From the NCBI GenBank assembly GCA_951406725.2, contig OX597816.1:108438001-108502000 (forward strand): a stretch of DNA of 64,000 nt, read 5' to 3'. This stretch comes from Octopus vulgaris (Eukaryota). Below are positions 1 through 13,164 of the stretch, piece after piece (positions within the stretch are counted from its first letter, which is position 1; each line of letters begins with the position of its first letter). The position numbers and the translations under genes are program-made. The notes beneath the pieces were generated by a model that saw only the letters and a list, made by a program, of their open reading frames with translations, was not told the origin of the DNA and made no database searches.

Positions 1-374
1 ACGGATTTGGCAATGAATAAAAATAATTTGGAATGTCGTGAAACAATGATCTGTTTACTCATGATTTTCGTGTTTCATTATAACTTTACTACAAAAATAT
101 TTGTAAGTTGTTTCCATGTTATGCTTAGTGTTAACAAATTTAACAGATTTGTTTTAGTGGTCTTTTAAAAGAGAGCTACAGTTATAAGTTAGTATATATA
201 AATGAATATATAGATTGTACATATTTATACATTTATATGACTATTGTTGCATCATTATTTCGCAACGTTTATACTCAACATTATTACTACACGTATATAT
301 ATATTTTTTTCTTTTTAACACAAAATATATTAAAACACAAGCGTGAATAAAAGACCGACGAAAATAAATTTGAG

Positions 375-423
<49 letters not shown>

Positions 424-505
424 TATACATGTTCACATATATATGCATATATATATATATGCTTATATAAATATATATATATGTATTTATATACATATAT
501 GTATG

Positions 506-556
<51 letters not shown>

Positions 557-1798
557 TACTTGAATGTGACCATTTCTGCGTATAAATATATTTAAACACA
601 TACATGATATATACACATATATACATGCACATACACACACACGCACTCACATACACATACACAGACACACACACAGACACACATATATATATGGTACGGG
701 TAGTGTATTACAGGATGTTGCTTGAACTGTTTTCTGTGGTTTTAGCGTCTTACAATCGTAATATGAATTTCAATTATTGTATATTTGTAAATTACCCATA
801 TATGCTCACAAAGCCAGCATACAAATACACATGTACATATGTGAATAAATGTACATATGCATACGAACACAGATACATACACAAACACACACATATATAT
901 ATATATAAATTCCATATGGGCTGTAGCTTTGGAGTTTACTTTATAAAGCCCGTAAACTTGTATCGGCTGTCAGATATTATCATCGAACGAAGATGGATCG
1001 CTTCATTGATGACATATCTGAAAATGTGTAACTATCTGTTGAGTTTATATAAACATTTACCAAGGGAATGGAGTAATCAGCTCGCTTTATTGCATAATTC
1101 AACAGTTGTTTCATCTACGATTTTCCAGAAGTTGATTACAGGAATATTATTATAATACATTGAATCTGTATTATTCCAACAATACTGGAAAATATCGGCA
1201 CTTCAGGTCTATGTATAAACTTAAATTTTGAATAAGCCACAATTTTGCAAAAAAAATATAACCCACGTTGAAGATGTTCATATCATTTCGTTAGCATATC
1301 AATAGTTAAAACAATAACAAATACACAATTCCAAACTAACCGGTCAGAAAATAGGGGAATTAAAGAGAAGAAAAAAAATGGAAACTAAATAAATAAATTA
1401 ACAGATTCAGTATAATGAGATAACGTCTTTGTTTCTTCGGACTTATACATTTATGAATAGATAGCGTCTTCTTTACTGTCATTAAGGTGGCTGACGTACG
1501 ACTTAGCATTTATTTAGTAATTTGATATTGTTCTCTGTTACCCACAGTTACACTATCAATTGATTCAGTAGCGGACTGCTAGTAAAAATATTTATGACAT
1601 TTACCCACTCACACAAACATACATATTTTTTAGGCAAAAATGATGTCTTTGTTAAGATGTATTTTTTAAAAATAATAAACTAAATTAAATGATGTAAAAT
1701 ATTCATGATGTATAATTCTAGAGAATATTCAAGATGTATGATTTTGGAAACAAAAATTTTTGTCTTATATACTATATCTGTTCATTTACTTTTTTTGT

Positions 1799-2203
1799 TG
1801 TGTTGAGTCAAAAGTTTTGCAATATTTTGGCAACTAATTTGCTTTATTCAAGTTTCAACAAAAGCAGCTGAACATCTAAAATAGAGGTCATCGTGTTGCA
1901 CAACCTAAAACCAGCTTTCTGCTAGGTCTTTGATCCTATTATTACTTTTTCCGATCAATGGCTCACTTCTTGCGCTCGCGAGGCTTCATCAACCAAGAGG
2001 AGGTGGAAGTTTCAATGAAAAAGTCCTTCACCTCGAAGGACAAGAACTGATATTAGCAAGGGATCAAAGAATTGGAAGAAAGAAGGCTTGAGACGCTGTA
2101 ATAAAATGGCTTCTACTTTGAATGCTCGGCTGCTTTTGCTTTAACTTGACGAATAAAGCAAATAAGTTACCAAAATATTACAGAAGGTTGACTCAACACA
2201 GTA
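1799..2203. mobile_element. Mariner-derived fold-back/MITE made of two inverted transposon 3' ends
   Basis: TGTGTTGAGTCAA...GCTTTATTC at 1799 is mirrored by GAATAAAGC...TTGACTCAACACAGTA at ~2151-2203, and similarity extends ~140 bp inward. The right arm translates to a decayed mariner C-terminus (FRSMAHFLRSRGFINQEEVEVS..SKDKN..QGIKEL..GFYFE). Confidence 0.7.
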
Positions 2204-2339
2204 TTCATGAGTTTATTTTCTATTTATTTTCTCGCTCTTTTTAATTCCTTGTATTTCCTGACCACTTATTTTGGATTTGTGATTTATTTTGAATTTGTTT
2301 TTGTTTTAATTATTGATACGATTATGGTTTCAAATTTTG

Positions 2340-2500
2340 ACTCAAAGGCCAACAGTTTCAACCCAAGTTCTTTACTCGTACATACCGAAAGGATGAAAGG
2401 TAAAGTCGATTTCAACTGAATTTGACCACAGAATGTACATGCGGATTAAAATCCGCGAAGCATTTTACCCGTCTTCATAACGGTTCTGCCAGCTCACCGC
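2340..2500 (-). mobile_element. SINE family B, degenerate copy
   Basis: CCGAAAGGATGAAAGGTAAAGTCGA...TCTGCCAGCTCACCGC matches the reverse complement of the copies at 12493 and 44083. Confidence 0.7.
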
Positions 2501-2791
2501 TCTAGATTATTGATACGCTAAAGATATAAGAGCGTCTTCAATGAAGGTTATTTTTGTAAAATTGTAGCTTATTCAGCATTTCGATTTATACATAGACCTA
2601 AAGTACCGATATATTCCAGTATTGTCGGAATAATACTGATGCGATGTATTATTTCATACCTTATTTAATAATATTCCTACAATCAACTTCGGGCAAAGCG
2701 TAGATGAAACAATTGTTGAATTATGAAATAAAGCGAGTTGCTGACTCAATTTCTTTGTCAATGTTCGTGTATACATACGTACGTACATACA

Positions 2792-2880
<89 letters not shown>

Positions 2881-3060
2881 GGGGGGAGAGAGAGAAATAA
2901 ATTTCTGTTAAATAAACCGCCAGAAAACACCTGCCAGAAAATAATCAGAAAATGTGTCATCGAAGTATCTTTATACAATAATTTTAAGAAAAGAAAAACT
3001 GCTCCGAAGTTTCGACTGTGACACCTTCATATATACATATATGTACACACACACACACAC

Positions 3061-3131
<71 letters not shown>

Positions 3132-3402
3132 TCATATATATATATATACATACATATATATATATAATCACATATACATACACACACACACATATATATG
3201 TATATATATAAGGCAAATAAGAAAATGGAGAGGATAAACAATCGACAAACATCAGCCAGTAAACATTCAATTATATCTATTTATTAATTGATTACAAACT
3301 TATGTGTAAGTGATCCAAGCAAACGAATGAAATAAGTCGATAAATACGTACAGATATATATAGAAATAAATTAATAATAATAGATGAGTGTACAAATACG
3401 AA

Positions 3403-3536
3403 ACTCTTACAGCCGTTTCTACCATGAGGCTGCCAAATCTTCCAAGTTACCATCATCACGTCAATGATGTACTGGGATGAACAAACATTGAACAGGGACT
3501 GGACAATGGTTGGGCCCCAATGCTTCTTCAGATAGT
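3403..3536 (-). ncRNA. Type I hammerhead ribozyme motif, family A (long stem II)
   Basis: Minus strand: ACTAT-CTGAAGA-[~105 nt, ends imperfectly paired AGCATTGGGGC/GCCTCATGGTA]-GAAAC-GGCT-GTA-AGAGT. Core intact, one stem I mismatch. Confidence 0.7.
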
Positions 3537-3691
3537 CCAAAGGGATAACAATAGTAATACTAATGATGGGTATAACGTCAATACTATTAATAATAAAAAT
3601 TATTACTCTAATAATAGCAATAGACCAAAGAACAATAATCCTGATAACGCGAACAAAGGAAACGATACTATCTGGCTAATACTACCATATG

Positions 3692-4082
3692 CTCTTCTAC
3701 TCTTTTACTTGTTTCAGTCATTTGACTGCGGCCATGGTGGAGCACCGCCTTTAGTCGAGCAACTCAATCCCGGGACTTATTCATTGTAAGCCCAGTACTT
3801 ATTCTATCGGTCTCTTTTGCCGAACCGCTAAGTAACGGGGACATAAACCTACCAGCATCGGTTGTCAAGCAATGTTGGGGGGACAAACACAGACACACAA
3901 AAACACACATGCATATATATATACATATATACGACGGGCTTCTTTCAGTTTCCATCTACCAAATCCACTCACAAGGCTTTGGTTGGCCCGAGGCTATAGT
4001 AGAAGACACTTGCCCAAGGTGCCACGCAGTGGGACTGAATCCGGAACCATGTGGTTGGTAAACAAGCTACTTACCACACAGC
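3692..4082 (-). mobile_element. tRNA-derived CORE-like SINE family A
   Basis: Head GCTGTGTGGTAAG..GGTTCCGGATTCAGTCC, CORE-like GGCACCTTGGGCAAGTGTCTT, internal microsatellite and (GTAAAAGA)n tail. Several copies in the window. Confidence 0.9.
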
Positions 4083-4338
4083 AAACTAATTAACAAATAT
4101 TTTATAAAATGAAAAAGTAAATACTAGGAAATCATTAATAGTAAAATAATGATAATGTCTGACACATAACCTGGCCGCTATCATCTCTTTTATGAATAAT
4201 AAAAAAGCTCAACACCTTCTACTTAAATAGAAAAAATAACAGCAGTAATACACACACTAATAATAATAATAATAATAATCATAATAATAATAATAATAAT
4301 AGTGATTATGATGATGATGATGATGATGATAGTGGTAG

Positions 4339-4566
4339 TAGTACCAATAATTGTCGGAGCCCTGGTAACTGTAAGTAAAAACCTTGAGAAGTACATAGAA
4401 CAAATAGGGGCTGCAATAAGGGTGGAACACTTGCAGAAAACACCACTGCTTGGAACCGCTCGAATACTCCGGAAGGTGCTCGAAAAATAAGGGGTGTTAC
4501 CTTAGTTCACTGGTAGTGGACAGCTGACACCGTAGCACATCTCCAGCGTTAGAAGTTGTGTAAAGG
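4339..4566 (+). mobile_element. 5'-truncated R4/Dong-like RLE LINE 3' end inside (TAA)n
   Basis: VVVPIIVGALVTVSKNLEKYIEQIG..EHLQKTPLLGTARILRKVLE. Highly similar to 16245-16478, with TAA-type arrays on both sides. Confidence 0.88.
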
Positions 4567-4679
4567 TAATAATAATAATAATAATAATAAATATTAATAA
4601 CAATAATAATTATACCGCACCTAAAGATACCCCCAATATACATACTAACCATACCAGTGTAGATCCCGCACAACAGTAT

Positions 4680-5060
4680 AGATCTTGTGATTGTAGAAAT
4701 AGTAATAATTGTGTCTTTAGTAATAGAAAAGAAATAGTTTACCAATGTGTAGTGAGTATTCAATTGAGTAATAAAGTATATGTGGGAGCCATCCAAAACC
4801 ACATGAAACGTAGACTAAATCACCATCTGTATACCTTCAGAAACAGAAATAGAAGGAATTTAACTGGTTTAAGTAACTATATGTGGAATCTCGAAGATAA
4901 AGGTATTAGCTATGACCTACACTGGAAAATCTTAGCTTCGGCCCCTTTGTATAATGTAAAGAATAAGAAATGCCTGTTGTGTGTAAGTGAGATTCATTTT
5001 ATATTAAAGGCCGATTTTCCTGTACTTAACAATAAAAAAGAAAGGTTTTTGCCTTCATAA
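4680..5060 (+). pseudogene. Penelope-type GIY-YIG endonuclease remnant
   Basis: RSCDCRNSNNC..IVYQCVV..VYVGA..KRRLNHHLYTFR..TGLSNYMWNL..WKIL..CLLCVSEIHFIL..LNNK. Confidence 0.85.
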
Positions 5061-5273
5061 GGCTAAGCTCACTTTCTCTAAATATCATTAATATTAAATG
5101 TTATTGGTGCGAGTGCCTCCTTTGATAATAATACTATTTCCATAATCTAAACACTATATATTGATTGCCATCCTTTCTTAATATATGTGTTAGACAACTT
5201 TCTCTATATACTCCATATATTATATTATACTCTATATATTATACACTTCATAAATATACATACACCTTACTTG

Positions 5274-5337
<64 letters not shown>

Positions 5338-5581
5338 AATATATATATATGTGTGTGTATTGTGTGAGTGTGTTTTTGTATACGTAGATATAAATGGTTT
5401 TACTAAGTTATTTTCAATTTTCATAGTATATGGTAGTATTAGCCAGACAGTATCGTTTCCTTTTTACGCATGATTAGGATTATTGTTCTTTGGTCTATTG
5501 CTATTATTAGGGTAATCATTTTTATTATCAATAGTATTGACGTTATACCCATCATTAGTATTAATATTGTTATCACTTTGG

Positions 5582-5715
5582 ACTCTCTGAAAACGCCTTG
5601 GGGCTCAACCATTGTCCAGTCCCTGTTCAACGTTTGTTCATCCCTGTATATCACTGACGTAATGAGGATAACTTAGAAAATTTGGCAGCCTCATGGTAGA
5701 AATGGCTGTAAGAGT
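5582..5715 (+). ncRNA. Type I hammerhead motif, family A, core-mutated copy
   Basis: ACTCT-CTGAAAA-CGCCTTGGGGCT..AGCCTCATGGTA-GAAAT-GGCT-GTA-AGAGT. Stem I is perfect, but G8 is changed to A. Confidence 0.6.
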
Positions 5716-5748
5716 TTCGTATTTGTACACTCATCTATTATTAATTTA

Positions 5749-5801
<53 letters not shown>

Positions 5802-6111
5802 GTTTACGTATTTATTGACTTATTTCATTTATTTGGATCACTTACACATATGTTTGTAATCAATTAATAAATATATATAATTGAATGTTTACTGGCTGAT
5901 GTTTGTTGATTGTTTATCCTCTCCATTTTCTTATTTGCCTTATAAACCCTGGGTAAATTTCTAATTTACCCCCACCTGTACATATTATTCAGTTGCAATA
6001 TTGCCATGCAATAGTAAGCACTTGGTTATAAATACGTAAGTATTTGATATCCCTTAGATGGTTACCTAACCTCTAACTCATGCAGACATATATATATGTA
6101 TGTGTGTGTGT

Positions 6112-6213
<102 letters not shown>

Positions 6214-7004
6214 AAACACAAATACACTACCGAGTTTCTGACAACTGACGGTCGGTTACTTCTTTAACTTCGGTAATATGTACATAATTTTGTGAGTACA
6301 TTTATTTCTGAATCCATTTGTAGTAGCTTTTTTTCCTGGTTACCCATGATGGCGCATATTTGTGCATTCGCTAATAACATATCAGGAAGGGAGCACACAC
6401 TCCCATAGCTTATGTATAATAATATAATGATGTAAATATTCAAAACGAAAACTAATACCGCATAATACCCCATTAAGGACTCGCTTCTGTGAAGAGCAAG
6501 TTAATAGATAACTTACTCTCGCTGCAGAGAGAATACGGTATCCTTTCATGGAAGATAAAAATAATAAATATATGCGCTTCACAGTTTCAAGAGTGCAGTT
6601 GGGAGATCGGCGTGTGGCATTAGATTATGTTTTAAATGCTTGCGCTTTAATGTTGCTGAAAGGTTAAAAGAATGTTCCCAACTTTATAACATGTTTCTTT
6701 TGAATATATATTTAAAAAAAAGGTGTATCCTGAAAGTTTTGGAAGTGAACAGTTATTAACAACGTAGTGGCAGCCTTCTAAGAATTTACTCAGAGTTATT
6801 ATAAGGTCATTTCTTATAGCAAAATGAATAATTCAATACAGATCTAGAGCCTTGGATGCCGGAAACTTGGGGTTGTACTTTTATATATATGTAATATACA
6901 AGTAGGTGTGTGGGCGGGTGTTTATGTATATGTATGTATGCATGCATGCATGTATGTATGTATGTATGTATGTATGTATGTATGTATGTATGTATGTATG
7001 TATG

Positions 7005-7472
7005 TTTGCAAGTATATTCTCTTCCATTTTTAATTATCTAAATTCTTCCTCGGTAATTTTTATTGTTTCACTTACAGATTGTATTTGTAACGTACAAGTT
7101 GGTTGGTTGATTGCATTCTTGTTTCTGAAAACCCCTAGTTTATCCAGAAGCTGGAGGTTTCGTAGCAGTTGTTCGTAGTTATTCTCTTTGTCTTTGATTT
7201 TCATGTATGTATGTCTTTTCAAATTTTTAATAATTATTATAAATCTTTCACTGAAAAGGGAGCCGGTTTCCAACAAAGATACAAGGCTCCATCTTAGGGA
7301 TGTAGTTAACACAGACAAATTCTCTTTTGGAACGTGAGAAAAGTTTTGCATCTTTTTTCTGTTCCACTCACAGATTGGACTTCAAATGTACGAATCAGCC
7401 GATCATTTTCTCTTCCTGAAAATTCCAGTTTATCCAGATTCTTCTTCAAGCATTTACTAACAAAACCTAGTC
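7005..7472 (-). mobile_element. Two tandem 3' fragments of the (CATA)n-associated RLE LINE group
   Basis: KDKENNYEQLLRNLQLLDKLG..TLQIQSVSETIKI resembles 17385-18040. A GGAGCC/GGCTCC 3' UTR hairpin lies near 7259-7290. (TATG)n occurs left, middle and right. Confidence 0.72.
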
Positions 7473-8899
7473 TATGTATGTATGTATGTATGCATGTATG
7501 TATGTATGTATGTATGTATGTATGTATGTATGTATGTATGTATGTATGTATGTATGTATGTATGTATGTATGTATGTATGTATGTATGTAGAGGGTTATG
7601 TATGTAGAGGGTTATTAGTAATTTTAAATCATAGCTTCTTATAACTTAAATCCAGTAGATGATGGAATTAATTTGTGATAATCGTCTGAAAGCATGATAT
7701 AACTATTTTATGGTTTTTAATCAAAATCTTATTATTTTATCATAAATTTGTTAGTTTTCATAATATCTATAAATTATCTCAACTCTACTTTATGGGAACA
7801 TCTAAAGACAACAGTTTATTCAAGTAAACGTCATTTGTTAATGCCTCGTGGGCTAAGATAACTAATCTGTTTCAGATTATAAAGGTAAATCAGCTGCAAA
7901 GCGTATTTCTAGAACTTCAGAATCTCATTATAATTTGTTTACATAAAGATATTGTCACGTTGAAAATTAACAATCTCAGGAACATATCTTTTTAAAACTG
8001 AATTGAATTATTTCAACTATCGTTTCTAGACAGTTTTACTATACAAAGAAATAGTTATCCAAACTTATAAGGACTCACAATGATCCGATGCATATACGTA
8101 CGTGTGCATTGATCAACTTTGTGTTGACAACATTGTAAAAAGAACTCGGTACATAAAGTGGCATGTGTATATTTTATTAGAAGCTGAAGTTTCTTAAGTC
8201 GTAACTTTGAAATTTAATATATTTTTTTTTTTTGTTCAGATGTTTGAAGGAGGACAGCAGTGTGATTAAGCAGAAACATGATTAGATCAGAGAACACTGA
8301 GATTTGATTTGTTGCCAAAAAACAAAAAATGGAAATAACGATAGAATATGTGTTACATATTTATCTTTTCATTACGATGCACAGAGATATGTTGGCTATT
8401 TTCTTGTTTGCATGTGCAAAAATACTTCATATGTTCGTCTCCTCGGTACTATGCGCACAAAAAAAAATAGAATACCTGTGAGCAGAAGAGCAGCTATTGT
8501 TGATATAGCTTTGGTGTTAATAAATAAATGTATATAGAACCACCTTTCAGGATGTGGCAAATTCATTATGTGAGAAATAAAACGTTGTCAAGTTACAAGT
8601 TGGAAATTCTTCAGTAAATAATGATGACAGTGTCTGCAAGAATTTACCACTTCCGATTGTTAAGAATTACAAAATGTCGCGTCTACCAGTGCCATTAGTG
8701 TAAAGGTATGCATTTTCTATAATAGACAAATCGACCTTATTATAATCATCATTTATGTTTCAGATATATTTGGTTAATGAAACGTCTTTCTGAGTATATT
8801 AATGTACACATATATTGTGAGAGCCATTTTATAATTTATTTTCAGTGAACTTGAACTCATTTCACTGTAGTTTGCAAGGGAAAGCGTAACTAGATTAAA

Positions 8900-9200
8900 T
8901 AATATTTTAGGAATATAGATATCAAGGAATAAACAGATACGGCTATTGCAATAACATTGAGAAAGAAGGTATTGTGTCTTCGTATAAAAATTTTTGATCG
9001 GTTTATGTTGCTTATAGTGAAGTCTTTTGTATAACTGCAATTCACCTGGACTCTATTTCTATTAAAAATCTTATGGTATCGTTGAACTATGAGAGAATGC
9101 TTATTTATAAGGTTCACGAAACACCTGGCACCTTCATAACGAACATTTAAACTACAGGGAGAATTGTACCATATTTTATTTGCAATGTTTGCCTTTATAA
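8900..9200 (-). pseudogene. Penelope-like ORF remnant (RT-thumb to endonuclease linker)
   Basis: KIWYNSPCSLNVR..FVNLINKH..YHKIFNRNRVQV, then QCYCNSRIC in a shifted frame. Matches the IWFNPPY...HKIFNR...CxC pattern of Penelope proteins. Confidence 0.7.
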
Positions 9201-9407
9201 ACATTAGCATTTTCTGAGGTTTTTCGACATCAATGACTCTAGAAGCTATAGTCTCTCTTCTCTATAGCGTCTCTTCTCATTTTTTTCATAATCTCCCCCA
9301 CTCCCTCTATCTCCTCCCTCTCTCTCCTTCCCTCTCTTCTCTCTCTCTCTCCTTCCCTCTCTCTGATCCCTCTTTTCCCTGTCTCTCCCTCCCTATAACT
9401 CCTCCCT

Positions 9408-9486
<79 letters not shown>

Positions 9487-9995
9487 TTATAACGTTCATT
9501 TTCAGCAATTTTGCACTTTTTAATAAAACTTTAGAATTGATAAATTCTTGCAAATACCTCCACAATTCTTTGTTGAGAAAACTCCAGCCATCAACTGGAT
9601 AACATATTTCATTCTCTTGATAATGTTTGTGCTATATCTTGAAAGGAAGTTTCATATCCAACAATGAAATAATACTGAAAGAAACTTCCTCAACAACAGT
9701 GTTTCCTTATATTCATGTGTATTTTACCCTTGATACTAAAAAGACGAAAGCATCTCGTTTTTCCGCACATGAACAGATGAAAATACTACGTGTTCTGCAG
9801 ATAGTAAGGATTGTGTCACATTTTATTTCGCTTTTAGTAACCGATCAAATCTTGCTGCACAATGGGTTAACTACATTTCAATGTTCTTACGAATACTTTT
9901 TGCTTATATTGTGCTGCAGCCCAACTACAAAACTTCTTTCCTATGAACATTCAGAAACCTCAAAGCAATGATCAAAGTGGTTTCAGATTATTATA

Positions 9996-10043
9996 ACAGC
10001 AACAATAACAAAAATAACGATAATAATAATAATAATAATAACG

Positions 10044-10081
<38 letters not shown>

Positions 10082-10082
10082 G

Positions 10083-10129
<47 letters not shown>
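9996..10129. repeat. (TAA)n microsatellite
   Basis: Direct inspection. Confidence 0.95.
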
Positions 10130-10131
<2 letters not shown>

Positions 10132-10254
10132 AATTTCATACTTATGTTAAAAAATATATGTATACAAATACATAAACATATATCTTTACAGACATACATA
10201 CACACACACGCATAGAAACATACATACATACATACATATATATATATATATAAA

Positions 10255-10319
<65 letters not shown>

Positions 10320-10384
10320 TACATCTAAATATGTTTGTGTATAGAGTTTCGTTCTAGGATCACCATTATCATTGTTCTTATTAT

Positions 10385-12080
10385 TCAGTAGTCTTATTTT
10401 TATCACCTACTTTTTACTGAACTACCGAGCACAGCTCTGTGTGCCTAGGGGACGTGCTGTATTTTGTTGTGATGCTCTTATAGTTAATGTATTGAAAGTG
10501 TTTTACCTAGGCTGTGTGCGGTGCCTAGTAGTGCTATTTTCTGTGTGTTATATATATTTGTTAGGCCTGGTGTTTTTGTTATGTATTTGTTTGAATATTT
10601 TTATCATACCTAATGCACCCACTATGATAGGAATTGCTTCTGTTTTTAGACTCCACATTCGAGTTACATTCGTTGTCATATGTTGGTATTGATACATCAA
10701 TTAGAAATTATTCTTTTCTTCATTATCTCTAATAACTATATCTGGCCTATTGGCCTCAATGTCTCTATCTCTGTGTATTGGCATATCCCTTAGTATTGTT
10801 GCTTTCTCATTTTCTATGACCTTTCCTGGCGTGTGCTTATACCATCTTTTTCTGTTATTCCATAGTGTTGGCATAGCTTCCAGTGTATGTAGGTCCCAAC
10901 TCTGTCATGTCTGTAAATATATTCCTTCTTAGCCAGGACCGGGCAGCCTGAGACAATATGATTTATTGTTTCTTGTCCATCTCCACATATTCTGCAGTTA
11001 CTTGTTATGTTTCTTTTCATTATATGTTTTTGGTAATTTCTGGTAGGGAGGCTTTGGTCTTGTGCTGCAATTAAAATCATTCAGCCTCTGATTTGACTCC
11101 TGAGCTTCTCAGCCATTGTTGGGATTTGTCTATTTCTTTTGCGTTTAGTTTAACCCAGTATTTGCCATGAAGGGGGCTTTTCTTGCCACCGTTTTGTCAT
11201 GATCCGTTGCTGTTCTAGTTTTAGTTTGGATTTCATTTGTTTTACATTTTTGCTGTTTTTTTCTTTTTCTTCATAGTTGTTAGGTAGTATGACATCTTGT
11301 TTGTATTTGTCGGTTTCCTTAAAGACTGAAAACAGTTTTTTTTTGTTTTGTCCATGTTTTGTGACTATTTGTATTAGTTTTCCTTGCTTCTGAAGCAGGT
11401 ATTTTTGTAGTATTATGGTGGTTATTTTGTAATAGCTTTCTAGTTGTATAAGGCCTCTACCGCCTTCTATACGTAGTATATATAACCTTTCTACATTAGA
11501 TTTTGGGTGGTGCATCCTAAATCCTATCATTATTCTTCTTGTTTTCCAGTCTATTTTGATTAGTTCATCTAGTATCCAGTTAAGGATATTGTAGCTGTAA
11601 TTTTATAACTGGGACGGCTAAAGTGTTGATACCTATTATCTTGTTTTTCACATTGAGCTCTGTTTTCAGTATTAATCTAACTCGTCTATAGTATTCTTTT
11701 TTAATTTCGCTTTCATTTGTGTATGATGTATCGTATCTAGTTCATTGATTCCTAAATATTTGTATGGCTGGCTTTGGTCTAATTCTCTTATTTCATTTGC
11801 TTTACCTAGTGTGATGTTGCTACTCTTAACTAGTTTTCCTCTTTTCAAGGTTGCTTTGGCACATTTTTCGAAGTCAAATTTCATTTCTATTTCTTTGGTA
11901 AATCCATGTACTGTCTGTAGTAATGTTTCCAGTTGTTTATCATTTGTAGCGTACAGTTTTAGGTCATCGATATATAAGAATTGGCTGATTGTTTTGCCTC
12001 AACAGTTGTATCCGCATCCAGTTTTGTTTAGCATGTCAGATAAAGGTGTCAGTGCCAAGCAGAAAAGGAGTGGAGAGAGC
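10385..12080 (-). mobile_element. R4/Dong-like non-LTR retrotransposon, 5'-truncated and frameshifted (RT + CCHC + RLE)
   Basis: LSPLLFCLAL..FLYIDDLKLYA..MKFDFEKCA; HPKSNVERLYILRIEGGRGL; AAQDQSLPTRNY..CRICGDGQETINHIVSGC..RHDRV; RPDIVI. The 5' junction abuts (TAA)n. Confidence 0.92.
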
Positions 12081-12109
12081 TATTATTATTATTGTTATTA
12101 TTATTATTA

Positions 12110-12433
12110 TAGTTTACTCCCCATAGCTCTTGGTCTTACTTGCTCTGCTTAATTCTGTGAGAGCAGACAGCATCCTGTTGTCAAAGGTCTCACTAGGTCT
12201 CTCTCCACAAATTATGTTTTGCTACTTAGGTGTTAAGTATTGTAGAAAATACTCAACATCCAGGCATTATCTTCAAAATCCTAGCTGTCCCCAATACAGT
12301 AGTTTTGGGGGCATACTCTGTCCTCATGTCAACTCCAATTTCTCCGACATATATTTCTTGAACCTGGTTGTTAGCGCTCCGAGTGCCTCTACAACTATTG
12401 GGATGACAGTTACTCTCTTTGTTAAAGTTGTTG

Positions 12434-12435
<2 letters not shown>
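12110..12435 (-). mobile_element. Dong-like RLE LINE 3' fragment in (TAA)n
   Basis: VTVIPIVVEALGALT..TVLGTARILKIM. TAA arrays on both sides. Confidence 0.78.
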
Positions 12436-12492
<57 letters not shown>

Positions 12493-12494
<2 letters not shown>

Positions 12495-12700
12495 GGCTAC
12501 AAGCTGGCAGAATCGTTACCGTACTGGGTAAAATGCTTGACGGCATTTCGTTCGTCTTTACGTTCTGAGTACAAATGCCACCGGGGCTAACTTTGCCATT
12601 TATCCTTTCGGGGTCGATAAAATAAGTATCATTTAAACACTGGAGTCGATGTAATCGACTTACCCCCTCCCCCGAAATTGCTGGCCTTGCGTCAAAAATG

Positions 12701-12702
<2 letters not shown>
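12493..12702 (+). mobile_element. SINE family B
   Basis: AAGGC..AGCTGGCAGAATCGTTA head and CTTTGCC.TTTATCCTTTCGGGGTCGATAAAATAAGTA body. Flanked by (TAT)n on both sides. Confidence 0.85.
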
Positions 12703-12767
<65 letters not shown>

Positions 12768-13164
12768 CAACGTCGTCATCATTATTATCATCATCATTAT
12801 GGTAATGATGATAATATCACATGAAAAAGATGGATTAAGAATTAAATAAATATTTAATTCATTTCAAAACATGATGAGTACACGCTGACTTTTCTGCGAT
12901 TTTTTCTTGAATTAAAGGTCTTACAAGAAAAATTATAATTAGTAAAGAAATGCTATCTTTTTATTCCTTTTAATGTTCATGTGCATCTTCTTTTTTTCAT
13001 TTTTCCCAGCGTCTTTGTATTCCTCATTAGTCTTTTCGATTTTCTTTACTTCCGATGCTTTTTACAAACAACTGGTAAGATTATAACACTGTTCGTTTCA
13101 GATGTTTGTATCAAGCATGAAAAATAAGCGCATAAACACCCATCGGTGCACGCGCGCGTGTGCA

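Larger units (their letters stand above)
3211..6087 (+). mobile_element. Penelope-like element remnant with ~480 bp inverted arms (3211-3690 / 5428-5944), interrupted by a SINE and a Dong-like fragment
   Basis: The arms are reverse complements with scattered mismatches and each carries a hammerhead motif. The + strand between them reads IWLILPY..KLINKYF..HNLAAIISFMNNKK, then SCDCRNSNNC and a GIY-YIG domain. (TA)n-rich sequence flanks both ends. Confidence 0.75.

Noticed and set aside
3000-3030. ATGAAGG..GTCGAAAC on the minus strand
   Set aside because: Truncated by (TA)n, with no complete core or UH site.
6264-6665. Host exon or membrane-protein ORF
   Set aside because: Several mutually incompatible open frames and splice-like sites on both strands, with no recognisable protein.
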